DNA of 64,000 nt from Eledone cirrhosa (taxonomy: Eukaryota). Position numbers and translations under genes: made by a program. The first letter of the stretch is position 1. Each line of letters begins with the position of its first letter. The stretch spans positions 146,072,001 to 146,136,000 of the forward strand of contig OZ024743.1 in the NCBI GenBank assembly GCA_964016885.1, written 5' to 3'. The notes below the pieces were generated by a model. That model did not search any database. It saw only the letters and a list, made by a program, of their open reading frames with translations, and was not told the DNA's origin. Below are positions 12,455-30,034 of the stretch, piece by piece.

Positions 12455-13544
12455 TATTTTGTGTGAAGGGGTTAGTGATTTATGCTGAGTTGACCATTTT
12501 CGCTGAACAAGTTACAGACTTGTACTCTGCCATTAACAAAACAATTGAAATTTTTTTTTCAGTTTACTACACATATAATAATGAAAAGGAAATCATTATT
12601 TGTTTACACATAAAAATTTATGTAATTGGTGAATATTTTTGACCAATCAAATTTCAATATAGATGACGTATGTCATATTTGCATAAAAAATAAACTAAGG
12701 AGGGACTTTCCACTCATGCTGTAAACACACACACACATGTATATTTATATATATATATATACATAATGACCTTCATTTTTACATCTGTTGTTTCACACTT
12801 GCATGGGTTGTATGGGTCCTTTTCAGCACAGAATCTCTCCACATGTTGCAATTCTTTGTCATCTCCACTGTGAGTTTCCACAATTTGAGATCAGCTCTCA
12901 CTACCTCTGCCCAGGTCTTCTTCTACTGTAGCTTTCTTCTGCTGAGATTTCTTGGCACTCATTCATTCAGCAATCACCATCACATGTTCATACTAATGCA
13001 GTCTTGTTTCTTGCACACTACTTCTGATTTTGCTTACTCTCCGTATTCCTCTCAGTTCAACGAAGCTCTATCATTCTCTTACATTAACATTGCTCCCATC
13101 CTCTGCCACCTAACATAGCTGCATCTCAGTATGGAGAATTACCATCTCTTGGCTTTTTTCTTATACATAGGTGACCCGAACATGATTTTTTAACCCGGAC
13201 AAGGATTTAGATTCCTTTTCTCATATGCTGCAGCAAAAGAAAAAAGAAAAGGCCATGCTCATGCAACACACGCAAATGTCGCTTAGATCAAGTGATGCCA
13301 GTGTTTGAAACTTTAAGAAAGGCCTTGCACTGAACCAAGCCCAATCTCTGACCAATGGTGACAGGTATCCAAAAAGAACAGGTCAATATCATTGGCTGAT
13401 ATTGAGTTGCAGATTTTACATGTTTTCCTTCTAGAATGATGTCTTAACAAGAACTAGGTATCTCTCACTTCCGGTGGACTAACTGTGCACTAAGATGCCA
13501 AACTGAGTATTATATATATATATACTTTTCACCAGATAAGTGCC

Positions 13545-13858
13545 CCATCCCACACTGTAATGTGGTCATGCTGGTGCCACGACAAAACGTTTCCAGTTCA
13601 TACTGTAAAGTGGTCGTGTTAGTAACACTACAAAAAGTGCCCAACCCACTGTAGAGTGGTCATATAGGTGTCATGACAAAAAGCACCCAGTACACACTGA
13701 AAATGTTGTTGCTGTTAGGAAGGCCATCCAGCCATAGAAACCAAGCCAAAATCAGTCCTGTATGGGCAAGACATGGATATCTGATCTGGCTTGTCTCACA
13801 ACAGGACAACTCATCTAACCCATGCTAGCATGGAAAAATGGACATTAAACGATGATGA
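13545..13858 (+). mobile_element. RTE 3' UTR with ~47-bp tandem units and tail
   Basis: Three to four degenerate copies of CACTGTAAAGTGGTCGTGCTGGTGCCACGACAAAAAGCACCCAG, then the RTE tail ending (GAT)n. Confidence 0.7.
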
Positions 13859-14029
13859 TATATATATATATACAATTATAAATAAATACATGTATACATA
13901 TATATATATACATACACATATATATATATATACACACACACAAACAGATATATATAGTTTATTTAGGAATGCATTGTAAAAGGTGAGCCTATATTGAGCA
14001 ATGGCATTAGTTGGAATCAATTCCATACA

Positions 14030-14700
14030 GGGTGGACCATGTGCTTAGCACTTGCCTACTCAGTTGCAGAGTATTGTTCACTGATCTGGGCAGGGAGCTG
14101 CCATGCCAAGCAAATTGACACCATCCTCAACGCAGCAATGAGAATAGTATTGGGCACACTGAAATCTATACCTACTCAGTGGCTGCCTACACTTTCTCAT
14201 ATAGCTCCTTCTCACATACAGTGTCAGGAAATGATCTCTGAAGCAGCACTTCTTACCAATTCCAAGTCCAACCTTCCCAACATGCGCTTGAAATCAAGCA
14301 AACCCTTTTGGGAATCAATGAAGACCCTTTAGGACAATAACTCTGATCTGGAGGAGGACTGGCAAAGACCATGGAAGGAGTCCAAATTTGCCAACCTAGA
14401 CCTCGTCCAGGATCCCACATCTAAATCAGCCGGCTTTGACCTTCCCAGAAAGCAATGGGTGTTCCTTAATCGGATCCACACAACACATGCCAGGATAGCT
14501 CACCATCTCCATCGATCGAAAATGAAAGACAGCCCAGCGTGTGATTATGGGGACCCTGATAGGATAATACTGCATATTATTCGGGATTGCCTCCTCAGGC
14601 GTTTTCGTTTTCCCGGTGGCCTGGAGGCAATCCATAATACTGCAAATGACGCCTTGGTCTGGCTCGCCGGTCTCAACCTGCCTCTATATGTCATACAAGA
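14030..14700 (+). pseudogene. 3' fragment of an I-group (Ingi/Vingi-like) non-LTR retrotransposon
   Basis: LALAYSVAEYCSLIW..LNAAMRIVLGTLKSIPTQWLPTLSHIAP and LNRIHTTHAR..PACDYGDPDRIILHIIRDC (post-RT region and degenerate CCHC). The clade is assigned from remembered motifs. Confidence 0.65.
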
Positions 14701-15570
14701 AGTAGGACATTTTCCAATGTGTTCTTTTTTTTGAAGACGGTAGTGTTTGACTTGAGAAAGGTTTGTCAGTTATCCCTAACATGTCGAGCTACCACGTAGG
14801 TGCTCATTCTTTTGCTCGTTTATTTCAGGGTTATCTACAAAGATAAACAATTAAATTTATACGAAGTTACACGGCCAGGATTCATATTCGAATTCTTTAC
14901 AATATATATATATATATATATATACATTAATGTCGATAAAGTTAGGAAACGATTGTCAAGTTTTGCTGCTTCTTGGATTTTAAATCTATGGACTAAAAAT
15001 CTTGATTCTACCTTATTATAATTGTGTATGCATGTGAACTATATTTTTTAAAAAGAAAATCGGAACAAAATAAATGAAAAAAAATTTTTTATTTAGTTGT
15101 CCACATTTGTAAAGTACCTCTTTGGGAAATCCAAAAATAATTAAACATCGAAGACAAAAACAAACCCGTTTTTTTTCTATATTTCTTTTCCTTTGATTTT
15201 TCACATGCAAACATGAGATACACACACATACCAGATGATGTATGTGCATTTAACAATCACCAGAAAAAATTATTGATTTTTTTTTGTAGACATAAAGCCC
15301 AAGATTTATAAGCGAAGGAAAATTGGATGTTTTGACGTTCATGCCTTTTTCATAAAAATCCGCGGATGACAAAAACATAAAAGAAATAGATATACATAAA
15401 CACACAAGTATACATACAAATATTTAGAGGCATATAAAGGTCTTAATAGAATGTTTTTTTTTACGATATAATGAATCTTAGGATTGTTAAAATAAAATAA
15501 AAAATAACGGGGGATGTGGTGATGTTCAAAGTTGTAAAAGAAACTAAATTTAAATTTATTGTAAACATAC

Positions 15571-16138
15571 CTCCCCTAAAAAAACCCAAAACTAATTCAC
15601 GATTTCCTTCCACATCTATACAATAGAAAGTTCCGTTCTATAAAGTGTTAACTAAAAAAAAACTAATGATAAATCAACGAGCATAATTTAAGGGTGAGAA
15701 CTTTCTGCGACGATGGTGTTGACATAATTTGCAAAGCGCTACTGTAGGGGTAGGCAAGGCTTATATCAGAGTGGGAGAAAGAGGAGAAGCTGAAGATATT
15801 TTTTAACTGCTAGCTTGATATTGTGTCATCGGGGCGAACGAGCTGCAGGAAGGAGAGGAATGAGTAAAAAAAAAAAAGAGATAAAAAAAAAAAGTCATTT
15901 TTTTAACCAATGGCAGCTGCTATATTCCGCACAGTCCGGTATACCGGAAGTTACTTTAGATTGCCTTCGTTTTTTTTATATTTCTCTCCTCTTTATTCTT
16001 CTTCTTGTTCTTTCCCTTCTTTTCAACATTTTACTAGAATGGATTCAAAATTATCGACGAGACGTTCACACTGAATCGCGAGCCGTTTATTTTATTTATT
16101 TTTTTTTCATTGTTTGGAAAGTAATTCTCTCAATTAAG
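15571..16138. promoter_or_regulatory. Candidate divergent promoter with two non-coding first exons
   Basis: CpG is locally enriched. CCAAT at 15907, palindrome TCCGGTATACCGGA with ETS site CCGGAAGT at 15935-15951. Splice donors point outward: AAG|GTAATT on + at 16138/9 and GAG|GTATGT on - at 15571/0. Confidence 0.5.
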
Positions 16139-18330
16139 GTAATTAACTCCCTGACCATTTTACACCCCTTTCGTGTTGTTTTGTTTATTTTCTACTGTTT
16201 GTTTGCTAAACGCGTTATATATATATATACACACATATACGTCTATATTTATGATGTACAGGGGAAAAGGGGCGGCTTAGATGCTCCCTTGGGACGTTTC
16301 ATACAATTGTTCCTTCCTGAATATTTTTTTACCTTTAGTAAAAAAACCATAAACAAAAATATACATTAGTTTGTTTACCCAATTGTTGGGCAAATAAAGC
16401 CGATCATTTTTGTTTTATTTCTTTCTACATTATAATTGTTTTTACATTTGGCACAAGGCCAGCAATTTGAAGGGAAGGGGACAGTCGATTCAATTGATCT
16501 CAGTGCGTTACTGGTGCTTTACTTTATCGAACTCGTAAGAATGAAAAACAAAGCTAACCACGGCGTGATTTGAACTCAGATCGTTGAAAGTCGTCACTAA
16601 ATACCACAAGGCATTTAGTTACGACTCTACATTATAATTAAAAGGAGTTCCTACATTATTATAATCATCATCATTAAATATTATTATTATATGGTACTAA
16701 ATACTACAAACATTATTTTGATCATTATATTTTTTAATTGTTGATATTTATATTAATATCAGAAACGAAACCAAAACACATCTATATATGATATAATTGG
16801 AATCTACTTGTGCAGTTAAAGCAACGATCAAAGCAACAAAGAGGACAGAGGGGAAAAAAACTGCTGTCACACACACACACTCTGACACTAGAGCGATGAA
16901 GGCTAAAAAATATATATAAAGTTCACATATTGCGATGTGAAAGCTGCCATAAGAACTGTGAAAGAAGGGCGGCAACAGTAGGGCAAGGGAACGTCAAGTT
17001 TATATACCATCATGGTCTAAGTATTAGAACGAGTACAGTGAATGGTGCTTGCACCTCATCATACGCACACATACACACACTTCACTCACAACTCATGTAC
17101 ATATAGCTAATGATAGACACACACTTGTAACTGTCGCCACACTTGTAGTCGGTTTTGTTATTGTTTCTGGTATCTAGGTAGGTTTCTGTCTGCAGTTCAT
17201 CTCGTACGGAAGGGACTCTAAAAATAACGACTAAAGTCATTTTATCTGGTTGTACTGTTAGGGATAGTGGTGGGACTGCTCTAGTCACTCCTTCCACCTT
17301 ATCATCTCTTATTTCTTCCGGCATAAACGCCTTAATTTATTTATATACCCTTTTAATAAACCTCCGATCTATACTTATACTCTTTGTAGCCACTAAAGGA
17401 AAACACTCGATGTATCTGTTTTAGATTAACTCTCAGAGTTAAACTTAGTTTATTTATACACTGCAGAGGACAGCAAATTTACTACAAAAGTTAAGCCTCA
17501 GTTTATTTCGACAAAAACTAATTTCTCGATCGTTCTCATATGCCAAATTTATACTCTTAATTTTGATCTCTACATTTTCCAGATCTAAAATAAAGTTTCT
17601 GAGTATAAGTGTTAATATATTTATCCCGATTTGGTTTAGTGATTAGTCCGGAATCAACATGTGTAACAAAACAAAACAAAAGAAACGGGAATTGGCAAAG
17701 TGGATCACTTTGTCATTGAAGATGTATTATAATTTCCAGCAAATTCAATTGCTTTTACAGCAGTGACAATATGAGTGGTTGTTAGTGACTGGGAAGTTGC
17801 GACTTCATTTTTTTTATGTTTTAGAGACAGTATTAACGTCAAATAATAATCATCATAATGGCAGGTAACTGGTGCAAGGATGTCTCATTTAGCCAACAAC
17901 GTCCGCGACATAGTTTTCATTTTTAGTTCGAAATGTCTTCTGTCACTAGGCCACTTTCTCTTAGGAAACAAAACTAAGAGGGTCTCTATGCAGCCATTCA
18001 ATCTGCTAGAAATAGCAACCAAATTCCACTCACTACCTGTCTGAAAAAAAGCCTGGGTGGTCACTGATAGAGCTTTTTTGATCATAAGTCTATTTGATCA
18101 AGGAAGATCTGGGGTTAAACAATAACTTTTAAGATAAGGGCGTCTACATTACCCTTCTCTCCATGATTTTAATGTTTGTGGCGGTATTAACACTCCTCAT
18201 TAGTATAGTTATTATGGCGGTAGAATTTGAGCTGGTAAATTAGGAGAGCCGGTTACTTTCTTCACCTGAGGTCAGATCACAATTTCACTCATAATATCTC
18301 CTGTCGCGAATCTTTATTATTTTGGCAACA

Positions 18331-18434
18331 AATCCCGCCGAGGTTAACTTTGCCTTTCATCCTTCCGGGGTCGATAGAATAAAGTACCAGTAATGCATTG
18401 AGTAATTACTGGCCTTGTGCCAAAAGTAGAAACA
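18331..18434 (+). mobile_element. 5'-truncated SINE family A
   Basis: Core GCCTTTCATCCTTCCGGGGTCGATAG, with a 15-bp TSD ATTATTTTGGCAACA at 18316-18330 and 18435-18449. Confidence 0.85.
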
Positions 18435-20551
18435 ATTATTTTGGCAACATGCTACAGTTTTATATTCTCGGTAAATTAGGTTCGTGGAGTGGTTTCAATT
18501 CTCAGTTGGAATCCTTTCATTTATATTATTTGTCTTTGAGAAAGGCATGGCTATCACAGAAGTAAATAATTATTAGATGCACGTTTTTGTTTGTGACGTG
18601 TGCGCTTTTTCAATTGTTTCTGTCAGATGGAATGTGCAATTCGATTCCGAGACAAAAGAACCTGTTAGTGCCTGAATGTTATGTTTTTTCTTATAACGAT
18701 TAAAAGATAAAATCAACAGGTAACCTGCCGAGAAATGTTGATCGCGACCTCATTTCAGTACACGGTTAAATATATTTGCCTTCACTCAAATCGCTAATGC
18801 TTTTATAGTCTTGAACGTGAAAAATCTCCTTCATCCACAGTAATTGGAATAACTACCGTTTAGTACACTCCGCGACTTTGTTTTCTCATAAACATTGCTT
18901 AAAAAATCCTCAAGTAAAATTATGATGGAAAGTTTTAATACATGAATGTACATTTTAAAGTGAGCAGCTGTGTATTATAAAGCCAATATAGTTTCAGGCA
19001 AGTTGGTATCAAAAGTGTTCATGAATATTTTTTAAAATGAAATTTTAGATATATATTTTCGAAGGTATGTTTTTTTTCTTTTTAATTTTTTTCTTCTGGT
19101 TTTGGTCATTAGACTGTGGTCATGCTATGTATGGCATTGCCTTAAAGGGATCTAGCTGATCGATTATATCAATCGAAGTACTTATTGTTTTCAAGTTTGA
19201 TAGTTATTTTTTCGATATCCTTGTTGAATTGCAAAGTTATAGGGCATAAACAAACACAGGCATGGACACACTCACAAATATATATATTAGCATAGATGGC
19301 TTGGCGACTACCCACAGGGAGGAGACATTTTGCCTCATGCAAATTTGCCTGTTGAAGTCGGAAACCAAATGGTCACCAATTACACACACACATGACTGGT
19401 TTGCGCACAATTTATGTCAATCAAATTTTACTCTTTCTAAGCTATAATAGAAGACATGCCCAACGTGTCACACTGTGGACCTGGTCCTCAAACTACATAG
19501 TACGAAGTGCACTCGTCATCATACAGCCCTGTCTTTAATTTTTTTTTGAAAAAATGTTAATTTTTTTATGTGTATGCAAAAAAAAAAGTTATAAAAATAA
19601 CAGTATAAAATTTATAACATTATCCTGAATGACTTTAATCATTACCAACATAAAATTGGAATGGATGATGCAAATCTTTCCAAGTTTATGTTTAACCTAC
19701 TACAAATATAAATTGAAATCATTCAATAAAAATGATGAAAGTATTAGAAAGAAATTATTTAAAGAAAATTCCATGAACATAATCGTAATTTACACATTCG
19801 AAAACATATCTCTGGATAATTTCATTAAAAAATATGCATTAAGTTATTAAGAATGTTAAGAAACAATGTTATGCCCAGCAATTTGAGTCTTTTTAGATGA
19901 CCCCCCCCCCCCCCCCCCCCAAAAAAAATAACTAAGGGAGTCTTTTTATATTTACTTGATTTTTTTTTTTAGAATTTGCTGCTAAGTAACACTATACAGT
20001 CTTAAAAAAAGGATGATATATTTCAGAATAAAAAGATAAAGGCAAGATCTTTGACTGTTGGATAGGTCTGCTGGGTCGTGCTATCTAAAGCTTAAAGCAA
20101 TAACAAAATAGATGATATCTAATTTAGACACAAGGCCAGGCATTTTGGGAGAGGAGAAAGTAGATTATATCAACCCTGGAAGGAGGAAAGGCAAATTTAA
20201 CCTCAGAGGGATTTGAACAGAGAACGTCAAAGAGCTGCCTAAAAGTAGATAATGACAACAATAATATTGCTTCAACCTTTTAAATGACAAGTGAAAACCT
20301 TTAGAAACTGCTTCCCTTTCCAACCTATTTTTTTTCTATCTGAAAACCAGTGTTGGGTTTCAACTGTCATCTATGTATATGTACGGTATACACATAGTTC
20401 AGTAGAGCTTGTCAGACCAGTGCAAATATAAGGAAATGTTTTAACCATATTTCAATCATACTCCAGTTTATGCTTATTTATACTCTGATTCATAGTTACA
20501 GTGGAATTCCCTTTAGAGAATCTCCTCTTTCTCACCCCCCCCCTCTCTCTA

Positions 20552-20589
20552 GTTATGGTCCACTTGGTTCCTTACCACATTTCCTTCGT

Positions 20590-20592
<3 letters not shown>
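20552..20592 (+). mobile_element. 3' end fragment of HHR family H2
   Basis: GTTATGGTCCACTTGGTTCCTTACCACATTTCCTTCGTTA joined to (TA)n, the same terminus as 40136. Confidence 0.75.
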
Positions 20593-20627
<35 letters not shown>

Positions 20628-20629
<2 letters not shown>

Positions 20630-20924
20630 GAGTAGAATCTTGGTTCACAAACGCCCCACACTACGAACAAATCGGTTCACGATAAATTTTTCCAAACATA
20701 AAACATCTCAGTTGAATGGTGTCTCAAACCAGTAATAACAGTTGGTGACAAGCTGGGAGTATCGGTGGGAAAGCGTCACTTGCTATATAGTTAATTACTA
20801 TGGCAATATCTATCTATCTTTCAGACACTGTCTCTTCCTCGCTGTATTGCTCTTTCAACGTTTCGTATGGGAAAAATAGTTTCGGTTTACGAACATTTTG
20901 GATGACGAACAAGGTTCCACTGTA
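20628..20924. mobile_element. pogo/Tigger-like MITE
   Basis: Imperfect TIRs (CAGAGTAGAATCTTGGTT / GAACAAGGTTCCACTG-TA) and internal ACGAACA subrepeats. Confidence 0.55.
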
Positions 20925-21239
20925 TGTCATTTAACATCCATTTTTGCGAGATGGCTTGGGTTGGGCATGATGTTTTGTGGCAGAATTCTAGGCTGGATGT
21001 CCCTCCTGACGCCAACCGTCACTTGTCTTTTCAAGTAATATATGGATCTTTGCACATCAAATTGCTAAGCAGTAGGATTCTTGTTTATGTGGAATGTAAA
21101 CAAATATAACCACCTGCTATGTTGAATGCAAAGAGAAGCAGTTTCCACCTACCAAATTCGCACACAAGGCGCTATAATAGAAAACACTTGCCCAAGGTGC
21201 CACAGAGTGGGATAAAACTAAAGACCATGTTGTTGTGAA

Positions 21240-21291
<52 letters not shown>

Positions 21292-21616
21292 TGTGTATAT
21301 TTCTATGTATGTATGTATGTCCATGTGTGTACATATATATACATATATAAATATATATATATATATATAACCCCTGCATGTCGCAAGAAGCGACTAAATG
21401 GGTTGGTGTCAGAAAAGGCATCTGACTGTAAAACGTCCCATCCAATCTATGCCAGTATGGAAAAGTCAATTTAAAAATGATGATAATGATGACATACACA
21501 CATTATGATGATGATGTACTCTCTCTTTGAGAATGGTGTATGAGCATGCATCCTGTTATTTGATTAGCTCAACGACCTACTCATTGAATTAACCTTCCAC
21601 AGACATATTTACTCAT

Positions 21617-21836
21617 AACCCTTTAGCATTTAAACTGGCTGTAACCGGCTAGAATTCTCTCACCTCTTTGTGTTCAAACAGGCTGTAACTGGCTGCTTAT
21701 ACATATGTTACAGTATTATGCTTATACATATTGTTCTTAAAATAAATATCAAAATCTCATAGATTCACTATTATGTGAGATAAAGTGTTTATCCTGAAAA
21801 TACAATAGTAAATAAATGTAAATGCTAAAGGGTTAA
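21617..21836. mobile_element. piggyBac-like MITE
   Basis: TIR TAACCCTTTAGCATTTA / TAAATGCTAAAGGGTTAA. A related copy lies at 61835-62034. Confidence 0.65.
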
Positions 21837-22289
21837 TACAAGTGGAATCAGTGTCACAAGGCTGCACCTTTGAATTACAAATTCAGTCCATCTGATGGGC
21901 TTCCTTCTACACAATTTTACTCACAAGGCTTGAATTGGATGCCATGAAGATTAACTGAACCAGAGACCTCATGATTGCAAAGTGAATATATTCACTTGGC
22001 TATGCCTGCATCTTATAAGTTTGACTAAGATAGAAGAGCTTAAAAAAATTTTAGGGTTAATAAAAATTCTTTACAAAAGTACAAAGGCAAGAACTCACAA
22101 AATTCTAATGACTAAAACTTAATTGGAGTCATGTAAGGAGTGCATCTGATCTTGGTAGCTATGGTGACAGCTGACAGTGTCCAACACAGAAAACCAGACA
22201 CAATCCCCAATATGTCAGACACTACCCACATGCTTGAAGGCCACCCCCATAACCTGATGCTTTATTTCCTGTGTTGGGGTGTCTTTCTA

Positions 22290-22745
22290 CCTTGGCTAGT
22301 AGCATAGCCCAGTCTGACCAAAGACACACTGAGAACCCTTGTCTTGTAATGAGGTAATGCTGCTGCCATGATAAAATGCACCCAGCCCACTGTAAAATGG
22401 TAGTGCTGGTGTCATGATATAATGCATCCAGCCTGGCAGTAAGTTGATAATGCTGGTGCTATGATGAAAAGCACCTGGTTTACACTGTAATGAAGTAGTG
22501 GTGGTACCACGACAAAAGGCACCCAATCCACCCTGTATGGTCGTAGTGCCTGAGTCATGATAAAATGCTTTCAGTACATGCTGTAAAGTAGTTGGTGTGA
22601 GGAAGGATATCCAACTGTAGAAACCAAACCCACAACAGAGTGTACAAGCCAAATGTAATCACCTGACCAGTTTAGCCTCAGTACTTGCCAACCTGTCTAA
22701 CCCATGCAAGCATAGAAAATAGACGTTAAATGGTAATGAGGATAT
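22290..22745 (+). mobile_element. RTE 3' UTR with tandem ~47-bp units and tail
   Basis: About five degenerate units followed by the shared RTE tail. Confidence 0.65.
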
Positions 22746-24142
22746 GTTGTGTATATTTATATATGTGAATATAAGTTTGCATATATATATATATGTATGT
22801 GAACCTCATGCAATTATTTACAATTCTGCATTACAGAGTCACATGTTAGACATTTTCATAATTACTTATATACCCATGGGTAATTTACCTCACTGACTGC
22901 AGTGCAAAGGAGCAGTCAGGAGTTAAGATATTACGAGATTTCTTCCAAGTATGTCAGTTACATAACTGAACAGTTCTGGTGATTTAAACTGCCATTCATG
23001 TGTATATGCTACATACATACACAAACAAAAATATGAGTGGAGCTTAAAAGGAAAGCTTTTTAATTGGTTGCTTGACTTGCTTGAAATAGCAGCTGAATTT
23101 TCCTGAAATTACATGCTATAGTTTTTAACAAGGCAGGCCACATTGAATATTGTTGTCATGGATATACAAAATGATGGAATGATGATGGTGAGGAAGTCTT
23201 TAGTTATACAGCCCTTCAATCAAGGTTGACATGCTGCTAAACACCATCCACAAGTAATCTGTAAATGTTCACATCTCTCTTTTTCTTCCCATTTCAACTT
23301 GCTGCATTTTGTTATTCTTTTACTAGTTGCATTCAATGGACTGTGGTCAGACTGGTGTACCAAGGATCTTTTAAGGTATGGTCAATTAAATTGACAGACC
23401 AGTCTTTAATCTAATGATCTTGGTAGGGTTTGAACTTGGGAATGTAACAAAGTACCACAAGGTTTGAACTTGGGAGATGTAACAAAGTACCACAAGGTAT
23501 TTATACTCTATGTATCAATACTTTAGCGATTCTCCCCATATATATTTTCATGTTTGAAACTTTCATTATTTTGTGTTTCTCTTTTGCATTGAATTTTTGT
23601 TGGTTTTAGAGAGAGAAATAATTTATAATGAAAAAAAAAAACCATATAGATAATATTCCTCCTCCTCATTACTGTTTTTTTTTTACTGCTATTCTATGCT
23701 GTTATGGTTTAAGAAATCTTTTCTACAGCCAAACCCATACTTTATTTGTAAGTATGGGTTATATCATTGATTCATGAAACCACTGTCTGCCTTTCTCTCA
23801 TACTTACATTGCACATCCAATGAAGCACGGTGGCTTCATTTCTCTCGAGGCTATTCATGCCCTCTGCAGTCACAGCCTATATTTCACTACCATGCAGCAT
23901 TGTACTTTGCACACAGGCGTCATACAGTCGTTCTTTTATATGTAGGGAGAAACCTTTTGTGGTCAACAGTAGGATTAGCTCTGTAAACTTTTTCTATCCT
24001 ATTATACTCTCTGCACACCCACCACCAGTGCTAATTCAGTCACTTAGATAGTAGAAGCTAGCAACCACTTCTATGGACCCATCCTGTGATTGGAAAAGGT
24101 TTATATCACTGATGCTCTTCCTCTTGATTGTATGTATATGTA

Positions 24143-24180
<38 letters not shown>

Positions 24181-24196
24181 CACACACACACATATA

Positions 24197-24386
24197 CAGG
24201 TAAAATTCCGTTATAACGAATACCATTATAACAAATTTTTTAATATAACAAAATTATTTTCAATCCCTGAGGTAAAAACAAACAAATGGTCAATTTGTTT
24301 CAGTCGATGTCGTTATAAAGAATTTTTTGTTTATAACAGATTTTTTTTTATACCCTGTGAATTTCGTTATAATGGAATTTCACTTA
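24197..24386. mobile_element. Tigger-like MITE
   Basis: TIR CAGGTAAAATTCCGTTATAACGAA / TTCGTTATAATGGAATTTCACT, TA flanks, internal TATAAC subrepeats. Confidence 0.65.
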
Positions 24387-24486
24387 TATAGATATGTGGT
24401 GTGTGTGTGTGTGTGTGTATATAAATATATATGTGTATGTATCATCATCATTATGGTTTAATGTCTATTTCCATGCTAGCATGGCT

Positions 24487-27871
<3,385 letters not shown>

Positions 27872-28711
27872 TGTTATACTTTGGGAGGGTCATGTTGCCA
27901 ATAAGAAACACACGCACCAGTTGCTTTCACTTCAATTTAATTTAATATATATTTATAAATTTACAAATTTATAAATTTCTGGTTGGTTGGTTGGTTCCAC
28001 AACCAGATAGTTGTTTATATATATATAGTCATAGTTCTTTCGTCACACACTCTGTGACCTCTTCAGTGACTGGGGATTTCTTTCTTCGTTTCTGTGCCTT
28101 TCCTTTCTTCTATCCTACGCCATTTTGTTTGTGTGTGGGTTGCGTGCTCAGTTTGCGCATGCGCCACATCCGGGTGTCTGTGTGTGTTTGTGTTCATTTT
28201 CTATTTTTCTATTTATATTTGTTTGTTTATTTATTTATTTATTGTTGGTTGGTTGTTTGTTCTATGTGTGTGTGTGTTTTCATTTTGTCTTGTGTGTGTT
28301 TTCATTTGTGTGTGTTTTCAATTGTAAGTTGTTTGTTCTATGTGTGTGTGTGTTTTCATTTTGTCTTGTGTGTGTTTTCATTTTGTGTGTGTTTTCAATT
28401 GTAAGTTGTTTGTTCTATGTGTGTGTGTGTTTTCATTTTGTCCTTAATTGTAAGTTGTGATGTTGCTGTTCCACTCATATTTTCTATTTAATTTTGGTTT
28501 TAATTCTTTTATGCTTACTGCCTCTTTTAGCTTACTGCCTCTGTAATTTGCCTAAACATTGCGTCTTTCTTGTGTGTGGATTCTATTTTTATTTCTATGC
28601 TCTCTAATTTACCCCTGTGTTCTATCTTAGCATGTTGGTAGAGCACAGATGATTCTTTACTATCTTGGAGGTCTCGCCAGTGTTCATTTATTTCGTTCCC
28701 CTATACTAATA

Positions 28712-28981
28712 GTGTACATAGGTGAGACAGCTCGTAGTATAGGGGAACGAATAAATGAACACTGGCGAGACCTCCAAGATAGTAAAGAATCATCTGTGCT
28801 CTACCAACATGCTAAGATAGAACACAGGGGTAAATTAGAGAGCATAGAAATAAAAATAGAATCCACACACAAGAAAGACGCAATGTTTAGGCAAATTACA
28901 GAGGCAGTAAGCATAAAAGAATTAAAACCAAAATTAAATAGAAAATATGAGTGGAACAGCAACATCACAACTTACAATTAA
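28712..28981 (+). pseudogene. Penelope GIY-YIG (Uri) endonuclease, C-terminal half
   Basis: VYIGETARSIGERINEH..S..VLYQHAKIEH..FRQITEAVSIKELKPKLNRKYEW contains YIG, R..EH, EA..I and LN, typical of Penelope endonucleases. The GIY half is lost at the inversion point. Confidence 0.9.
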
Positions 28982-29278
28982 GGACAAAATGAAAACACAC
29001 ACACACATAGAACAAACAACTTACAATTGAAAACACACACAAAATGAAAACACACACAAGACAAAATGAAAACACACACACACATAGAACAAACAACCAA
29101 CCAACAATAAATAAATAAATAAACAAACAAATATAAATAGAAAAATAGAAAAATGAACACAAACACACACAGACACCCGGATGTGGCGCATGCGCAAACT
29201 GAGCACGCAACCCACACACAAACAAAATGGCGTAGGATAGAAGAAAGGAAAGGCACAGAAACGAAGAAAGAAATCCCC

Positions 29279-29323
29279 AGTCACTGAAGAGGTCACAGAG
29301 TGTGTGACGAAAGAACTATGACT
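29279..29323 (+). ncRNA. Minimal type I hammerhead ribozyme in the Penelope 3' UTR (mirror 28027-28071 on -)
   Basis: AGTCA-CTGAAGA-G-GTCACA gagtg TGTGAC-GAAA-GAAC-TA-TGACT: perfect stems I and II, minimal stem III, one extra G before stem II. Confidence 0.8.
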
Positions 29324-29564
29324 ATATATATATAAACAACTATCTGGTTGTGGAACCAACCAACAACCAGAAATTTATAAATTTGTAAATTTATAAATAT
29401 ATATTAAATTAAATTGAAGTGAAAGCAACTGGTGCGTGTGTTTCTTATTGGCAACATGACCCTCCCAAAGTATAACAATATCGGTTTCAACACACGATTT
29501 CAGATAAAGAATCTTGCTAAACAAATTCAGAAACGAAATATATATATATATATATGTATATATG

Positions 29565-29643
<79 letters not shown>

Positions 29644-29672
29644 GTATATATATATATATATATATATGTATA

Positions 29673-29711
<39 letters not shown>

Positions 29712-29740
29712 TATGTGTATATATATATATATATAATATG

Positions 29741-29848
<108 letters not shown>

Positions 29849-29866
29849 ATATATATGTATATATAT

Positions 29867-29960
29867 GTAGGAGGTGAGTTTTATTGCACGATGATGTTTG
29901 TTTTGAAATGCGCATAATAAAATACATGGAACTCCTTTAACCATCTTTTGATCTTATATA
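29867..29960 (+). mobile_element. Rearranged fragment of the 49.6-50.0 kb H1 element
   Basis: GATGATGTTTGTTTTGAAATGCGCATAATAAAATACATGGAACTCC matches 49833-49900. It is preceded by an inverted piece of that element's 3' tail (GTAGGAGGTGAGTTTTATTG). Confidence 0.75.
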
Positions 29961-29967
29961 TTATATG

Positions 29968-30012
<45 letters not shown>

Positions 30013-30034
30013 GTATATATATATATGTATATAT

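Noticed and set aside
15815-16369. 184-aa hydrophobic ORF
   Set aside because: It has a non-ATG start and low-complexity T-rich codons, and it runs across a likely promoter and splice donor.
27991-29359. Mirror-image hydrophobic ORFs (MVPQPDSC..., MFVCGLRAQ...)
   Set aside because: They are antisense readings of the TG-rich Penelope 3' UTR, duplicated by the inversion.
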